From assembly GCF_009914755.1 (NCBI RefSeq), contig NC_060927.1: a stretch of DNA of 64,000 nt; one strand, given 5' to 3'. How positions within the stretch are numbered: the first letter of the stretch is position 1; the number at the start of each line of letters is the position of its first letter. The notes beneath the pieces are model-generated. The model saw only the letters and a list, made by a program, of their open reading frames with translations, did no database searches and was not told where the DNA came from. Origin of the DNA: the human T2T-CHM13v2.0 reference genome, Homo sapiens. Of the stretch, positions 51,697 to 64,000 are shown in pieces. A program made the position numbers and the translations under genes.

Positions 51697-53764
51697 GTTT
51701 CATGGTCAAAGAGAACTTAAAAGGACATCTGTGCCATCCTTAACAACATACCATAAAAATCCAAAATTTAATTTTCCCCAGAAATACATAATGACATAAG
51801 ATGCAATCTACTCAAATCTTTTCCTCATTTAAGGCACAGGGTAAAAATACAGTCAAAAACACCAATACATTTTAAATATCATTTATCAGAATGCAGATTA
51901 TCAAAGGGCAGCTTTTATCCATTGTAATCTTTCCCCTATCCAACCCTCAGCACCCCCACCCCGCCCCCAGCCACACACTCTCAGATGACTTCCTGGGCTG
52001 CATGTGGTTCATGGAATATGAACAGTAGCTGAAATTCAGCCTAAGAGGGTAAAACTGATAGAAAATTATACAATTGGAAAGTGGGAAGGTCATGAAGCTA
52101 TGAGCACATCTAGCTAGCCACTTAGCATCTGTATTTCATCAACAGTTAAGCTATTCTTTACTTGTCACCACATAAATAGAATATGATTTTAAAATACACA
52201 CACACACCCCCTTATGGAAAATGATCCTAGAAAGGTAATGCTAGTGTCATCTTTCAAGTTAAAGTACTGTTGTTTTTTTTTTCCCAGAAATCCCCAGTTT
52301 TCAATAAATTAAAGCGATTATCCAATTTTATAGTTATTTTATTCTGAAACATGTATAAGTACAATACACTCTTTAAATGCTCTATAGATGTTAAACTGGT
52401 TCAAGTATTCCAAAATTAATTTTAATAAATTCATGTATGAATTTCATCTCACACAGAATCACTTGAAGTTACTTACTATTCGGTTATGCCTTAAATGCTT
52501 AGTTACATATTTTATGGATAAAAGGATATGACACTATTATTTTCAAATCTGGATGTTCAGGAGGATCAAAAAATGAACCCTTGTGAATGAGAAGCATTTA
52601 CTCTAAAAAAAAAACCTCTCACTGACCAATTGACCATTTATACTATTCCTCTTCTATCCATACAGATAATAAAGTTAACTTTAAATAGATTTGTGAGTAA
52701 GAGTCAAGAGAATTTGAAAGCTGGGTACAGAAGTCTGTATGCTTTACTGAAGCACCAGTTTAATCTGACACTCACTGTGGCCTTGAATGAGTCACCTTTC
52801 AGGGCTGAGTTCTCTAATCTGTAAAATGAGAGTGTTATGTTAAATGTTTACTGAGGTTGATTATTCTATCAGCTACTTGTAATTCAGCTGCATCATTTCA
52901 GTTAGCTATAAATAAACCCCCTAAGACCCTCAGTGTGAATATGAACAACTATCATTTCATATTATTTCATATATCAAGTATTCTCATTTATAATTGGGTT
53001 GAGGTTTATTAAAAAAAAAAAAAAAAGCTTTTTGGCAAAGGGAGGGACTGAAAACAAATTCACCAGTGCATGGTGCCCTGCTTGAGCCAATCTGACTGGA
53101 GCTTAAGAAACTCCACCCAGTTCTGGCTAACATCAAAGGAGACTCAACACCACTCTGCCAGAAAATAAGCCCTGTATTATCTAACCAGGCACTAAGGGAA
53201 CACACAGTTTTCAAGCACAGCACTTTGTATATCTGATCTTTCATTCTGATGACATGCCTGAAGTGAAACTATTAGTGAGCCGGGTTTTTTAAAATAGGTA
53301 AACTAAGGCAAGAGGCAACTACATGGCATGATGATAAAATACTCTCTTGACTACAATCTCACTATTAAGAGCTAGGTGCTCATAAACAGGAAATAAGGAT
53401 ATATGATGAGGCCACAGTACTTTGTTGTATGCTTTACTTTGGATAGTTCACAAACTCTGGAATTAATTACTGTACTAAAAATATTTTACAGGTCTATACA
53501 GATTAAACAGTGTTAATATCTAACTTAATTACACAGAAGTTCTGAAGAACCTTTTAAGCTCCATGAAGTCCTCCTGAAAATTTTAGGTCATTCGCATCTA
53601 GAGCCACTCACTCGGGGTCTGTGCTCATTCTGTCTGATGAGAAATTGGCAATCTGGTTTACCAATGGCCTGTTGCTGTCTCTGTCCTCTTCTATTCACCC
53701 CTTGAAAGGTGCTACTATGGGAGCTAAAATGCAGGGAAAAAACTCATGAAAAGCTAGAACAGAG

Positions 53765-56380
<2,616 letters not shown>

Positions 56381-57144
56381 TAAAGGCTTACACCAGTTGA
56401 ACTGATCTAGGATCCAATCCCCTCACTTTAATAGATGGAAAAAAAAATGAGAAATGGAAAAAACAAGTCACTTACAAATGAGGCTGAGACAAAGGATCGG
56501 CGAAAAGAGCCACAGAACACCAAAAACAGAAGCAGAGCGTGACAAAATAAGCAAAACCTTACAGTTTTGTAGTTTCTGCTTTTATCTAACACAATGACTT
56601 CGCTGTACTTCATATACCTTTTGAATTATACCTGCTTATACATACCTTTACCTACCTACTACTTATACCTACCTATCTTTTCTTCTGCAAGGAGGGAGGC
56701 AGGCAGGAAGAATCCTGAACATCAGGAAAACATTCCACCTGATCTTTAAAGGGACCCCAATGCCTAGATGTCTTTTTCTTTTTTCTTTTTTTTTTTTTTT
56801 GTAAATCCAAACTCTTACGTGTAATATCAAGGCTGACTGACAAGACTCAGTCCTATCACCCACCATAATCATCAGCAGCTTTCCATGTAGGGTCTCCCTA
56901 CAATTTAGTCACATGGGACCATCTACCATCTTACATTATCACTGTACACCCTATGCTCATTTGCTCTCCAAACTTGAAGTTATCTTCTCTCCCTCCTCAT
57001 TTGTGAAAGTCTTGAAATCAAGGTCCACATAAATTGTCTTACCACCTTTTCTGTGACTGCTTTTTAGAATCTTTCTCCCAGTAGTATTCAGAACTAATAC
57101 ATCATCTGTACTTGTAACAGTAGAGTCTGATCTATACTGTAGTT

Positions 57145-57514
57145 CAGTGGTCCCCAAACCTTTTGGCACCAGGGACAGGTTTCGTGGAAAACAATTTTTC
57201 CACAGATAGCAGGAGGGGTGAGAGGGAGGAGATGGTTTCGGGATGAAACTCTTCCACCTCCGATCATCAGTCATTAGATTCTCACAGGAGCATGCAACCT
57301 AGATCCATCGCATGTGCAGTTCACAATAGGGTTTGCGCTCCTATGATAATCTAAAACCACTGCTGATCTGACAGAAGGCAGAACTCAGGCACACTTATCG
57401 CAAAGTTAATGTAATGCTGTTCACCTGCTGCTCACCTCCTGCCGTGCAGCCCAGTTCCTAACTGGCCATGGACTGGTACCAATCTACAGACCGAGGGTTG
57501 GGGACCCCCCACTG
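57145..57514. mobile_element. MER1B hAT-Charlie MITE within an L2 remnant
   Basis: cagtggtccccaaaccttttggcaccagggac...ggttggggaccccc terminal inverted repeats and a MER1 body. Confidence 0.85.
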
Positions 57515-57817
57515 TAGTTAGTTGTATATACCAGCTCCTGTAAACTGCTGGGTCCCAGAAGAGAGGACCACATCAAAGTGATGTGCACACCTTCTCTGTT
57601 CCTAGTAGACTACAGAGGAGACAGGCCAAAATGATAAAAACCAACAAAACAAGGGGCTAAAAACACATTTCTAAAATGACACGATGAAAGTTATTAGAAA
57701 TTGAATCTAATTTGAAATTAATCAGAAGTTCCAAAATTACAAAAACTCTTCACAACTAGAAAAAGAATAAACAGATTCAAGGCTGAAAGGTTATCACCAA
57801 TTACAAATATTCACCTT

Positions 57818-63995
<6,178 letters not shown>

Positions 63996-64000
63996 CTAGT

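Overview
Primate (very probably human) genomic DNA from the 5' part of MAP4 (microtubule-associated protein 4), which lies on the minus strand. It contains the first coding exon (ATG at 38162), a 69-nt coding exon (17137-17205), an intronic alternative terminal exon (acceptor at 14737) giving a 99-aa MAP4 isoform, and a candidate non-coding alternative first exon near 55635-55720. The rest is repeat-rich intron: a VPS26A processed pseudogene at the left edge, a near full-length env-less HERV-L provirus with paired MLT2A-type LTRs (42990-50341), an HSMAR2 mariner fossil, solo LTRs, L1/L2/MIR/hAT remnants and several dozen Alus. Almost all ORF-track entries are repeat-derived noise. I see no support for a new enzymatic or defence system. 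The most interesting unexplained structure is a ~1-1.3 kb Alu-Alu recombination inversion (33.4-34.8 kb), revealed by an inverted target-site duplication and a flipped HSMAR2 end. Family assignments come from recognition of consensus sequences by eye, not from a database search.
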